A stretch of DNA of 19,191 bases from Candidatus Methylomirabilales bacterium (GTDB lineage: Bacteria > Methylomirabilota > Methylomirabilia > Methylomirabilales > CSP1-5). Shown in pieces: positions 17,309-19,191 of this stretch. Numbering within the stretch: the first letter of the stretch is position 1; each line of letters opens with the position of its first letter. A program made the translations under genes and the position numbers. The stretch lies in contig JBHIAH010000047.1 in NCBI GenBank assembly GCA_046758505.1, positions 1 through 19,191 of the forward strand, given 5' to 3'. The notes beneath the pieces are model-generated. The model worked only from the letters and a program-made list of their open reading frames with translations, did no database searches and had not been told where the DNA came from.

Positions 17309-19191
17309 TCATCGGTCATCACGTGTCGGGTCGAGGGTGGTCACCGAGGCATGGACCGGCAGCGGCATCTCCTCCGCCTCCTGAGAGAAGCCGAGCGTGA
17401 GCCACACAGGGACGAGGGCCATCCCCACAACGAGCTGCGAAGCGATCCAGAGCCCCCACGATAGCGGCCACCATGTCGGAACGGGACTGTGGCAGAGCCA
17501 AGATCCGATTCCGGTGAGCAAGGAGAACACAGAGAAGGCCGCCGTGAGCATAGCCGCGAACCCGCGTCCCAGGCGCTTGACGTTCGTGCCGGGATCGACC
17601 CCCAACGAGGCGGCGATCGGCCCCCACCATCCGGGTGGCTGGGCGAGCCGGAAGAAGCGGCGCAGGCGCTCGGGCTCCTCGGTCGTGAGGAGCGAGACGG
17701 CGATGCCCGCAGTAGTGGCCAGGAGCGCCATGACCAACAATCGAAGGGCCTCGTCGTCGACGAACTCGAGCAGGGGCCAGGCGGCCAGGAGCGAGACAAT
17801 GATGCAGGCGAGCTCCCCCCAGGCGCTGATCCGCCACCAGAGCCAGCGCAGGACGAGAACAACACCCATGCCGGCGCCCAGGAGCAGCGCGATCTTCCAT
17901 GCCCCCTCGATCGAGGTCAGCTGCGTCATCACGAGCATCGAGACCACAAGGATGAGCAGGTTGGATCCGCGGGCGACCCACACCAGCGTTCGTGGATTGG
18001 GGTCTCTCCTGAGCCACACCTGGCAAATCAGCCGCTTGTAGATGTCGTTTGTCCAGTACGACGCGCCCCAGTTGAGGTGGGTGTCGATGGTCGATGCCAG
18101 GGCCGCCAGCATTGCAGTCAGCATCAGGCCTTTGATGCCCGATGGGAGCAGCGCGACGATTCCCCTGACGAACGTGACCTCCCGCTCGTGCTTGAGGATC
18201 TCGGGAGCCAGGCTGAGGTCGGGAGGAAAGAGGAGCAGGAGCCCCAGGGCGATCGGCAGCCAGAAGAGACTGCGCAGGAGCACCTGGGCAATGGTGAACA
18301 CGACGCTCGCGAGCTTAGCGTCCCGGTCAGACTTGCAGGCCATCGACCTTTGGGCCAAGTAGCCGGTCCCGTCGGCGTTGAGCTGGATCAGCCACTGGAG
18401 GCCAAACACGGCGAGGACGGCGAATGAGGCATTCTTGGCCTGGGACGGCGTAAAGGCGAGGATCTGGCTTGGAGAGATTCCCCCAGGACCTCCCGTGGCA
18501 AAACGCTCGCGAATCTGCTCGATGATTGGGCCCATGCCCCCGAACGCATAGATGACGTAGCCCATGTAGACCGCGGTCCCCAGCATGGCCAGACTGAACT
18601 GAACCACGTCGGTGGCCACCACACTGCGGAGGCCGCCCGTGGCGGAGTAAAAGAGCGTCACCAGGACGATGGCCAAGATCGAGATGAGGTTGTTGGTCGA
18701 CTTGACCCAGATGTGCGGGTCATGGGGGTTCACACTGAGGGGGACATCCAACCAGGTCATGAGGTGAAGTATCGGCTGGTAGAGCGCAGCAGGCAGCCAC
18801 CGGTCCCACACGAGGAAGGGTTCCGCGATGGCCTTGGTGGCGAACAGGACCCAGGCCAGAACGACGCAGTTAAAGATCGTCCCGAAGTAGATCGCCTTGA
18901 TCCCACGCAGGGCTGTGGCGGCCCCCCCGCCGTAGCGCAGCTCGGTCAACTCCGCGTCGGTCAGCACACTGGCTCGCCGCCAGCTGGGAGCGAGGATGAA
19001 TCCCATCAGCAGGAAGGCGAGGGCGTAGATCCACAACTGCCAGATCGCAAAGATCCCGGCCGTCGCGACCAAGCCGGTCACCAGCAGCGGCGTATCTGCC
19101 GCGAACTGGGTGGCAGCCATGCTCAGGCCGGCGCTCCAGCCGCTCAGGCTGCGCCCGGCCAGGAAGTACTCTTCCAGGCTCTGTGAGGCGA
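17309..19191 (-). CDS. Sodium:solute symporter (SSS family), 5' end outside the window
   Basis: The frame stays open to the window edge: ..SLEEYFLAGRSLSGWSAGLSMAATQFAADTP; also YSATGGLRSVVATDVVQF, YLAQR, LAALASTIDTHLNWGASY and many TM segments. Confidence 0.93.
   Translation of the reverse strand, partial: ASQSLEEYFLAGRSLSGWSAGLSMAATQFAADTPLLVTGLVATAGIFAIWQLWIYALAFLLMGFILAPSWRRASVLTDAELTELRYGGGAATALRGIKAIYFGTIFNCVVLAWVLFATKAIAEPFLVWDRWLPAALYQPILHLMTWLDVPLSVNPHDPHIWVKSTNNLISILAIVLVTLFYSATGGLRSVVATDVVQFSLAMLGTAVYMGYVIYAFGGMGPIIEQIRERFATGGPGGISPSQILAFTPSQAKNASFAVLAVFGLQWLIQLNADGTGYLAQRSMACKSDRDAKLASVVFTIAQVLLRSLFWLPIALGLLLLFPPDLSLAPEILKHEREVTFVRGIVALLPSGIKGLMLTAMLAALASTIDTHLNWGASYWTNDIYKRLICQVWLRRDPNPRTLVWVARGSNLLILVVSMLVMTQLTSIEGAWKIALLLGAGMGVVLVLRWLWWRISAWGELACIIVSLLAAWPLLEFVDDEALRLLVMALLATTAGIAVSLLTTEEPERLRRFFRLAQPPGWWGPIAASLGVDPGTNVKRLGRGFAAMLTAAFSVFSLLTGIGSWLCHSPVPTWWPLSWGLWIASQLVVGMALVPVWLTLGFSQEAEEMPLPVHASVTTLDPTRDDR

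Overview
GC-rich bacterial chromosomal window of mostly housekeeping and accessory metabolic genes. I found no rRNA, tRNA, CRISPR array, transposase or prophage. Left to right: (1) a minus-strand, translationally coupled three-gene operon encoding a URO-D/MtaA-fold protein, a RibBA-like fusion and a HIT hydrolase; (2) divergent clpB, then a family III CoA-transferase, a DUF948/YtxG-like and YtxH pair, and a secreted Cys-rich propeller-like protein; (3) a YciK-like SDR, a Rieske ferredoxin and an FxLYD-like secreted protein; (4) an AbrB-type regulator coupled to an isoaspartyl peptidase/asparaginase, divergent from a stand-alone JAB/MPN protein, a TIGR02757-family protein and endonuclease IV; (5) a secreted helical hypothetical protein, a pterin-4a-carbinolamine dehydratase, an M23 peptidase and a 5'-truncated sodium:solute symporter. 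The most unusual element is the RibBA-like protein. Both domains lack key catalytic residues, yet the three GCH II Zn cysteines are kept, and it sits in a non-riboflavin operon, so it is a candidate pseudoenzyme or part of a repurposed pathway. The intergenic DNA carries two repeat families: AGTGCC..CCAAC-ended inverted-repeat elements resembling MITEs, and inverted heptamer arrays that run into gene 3' ends. All family calls come from recalled motifs; no searches were run.
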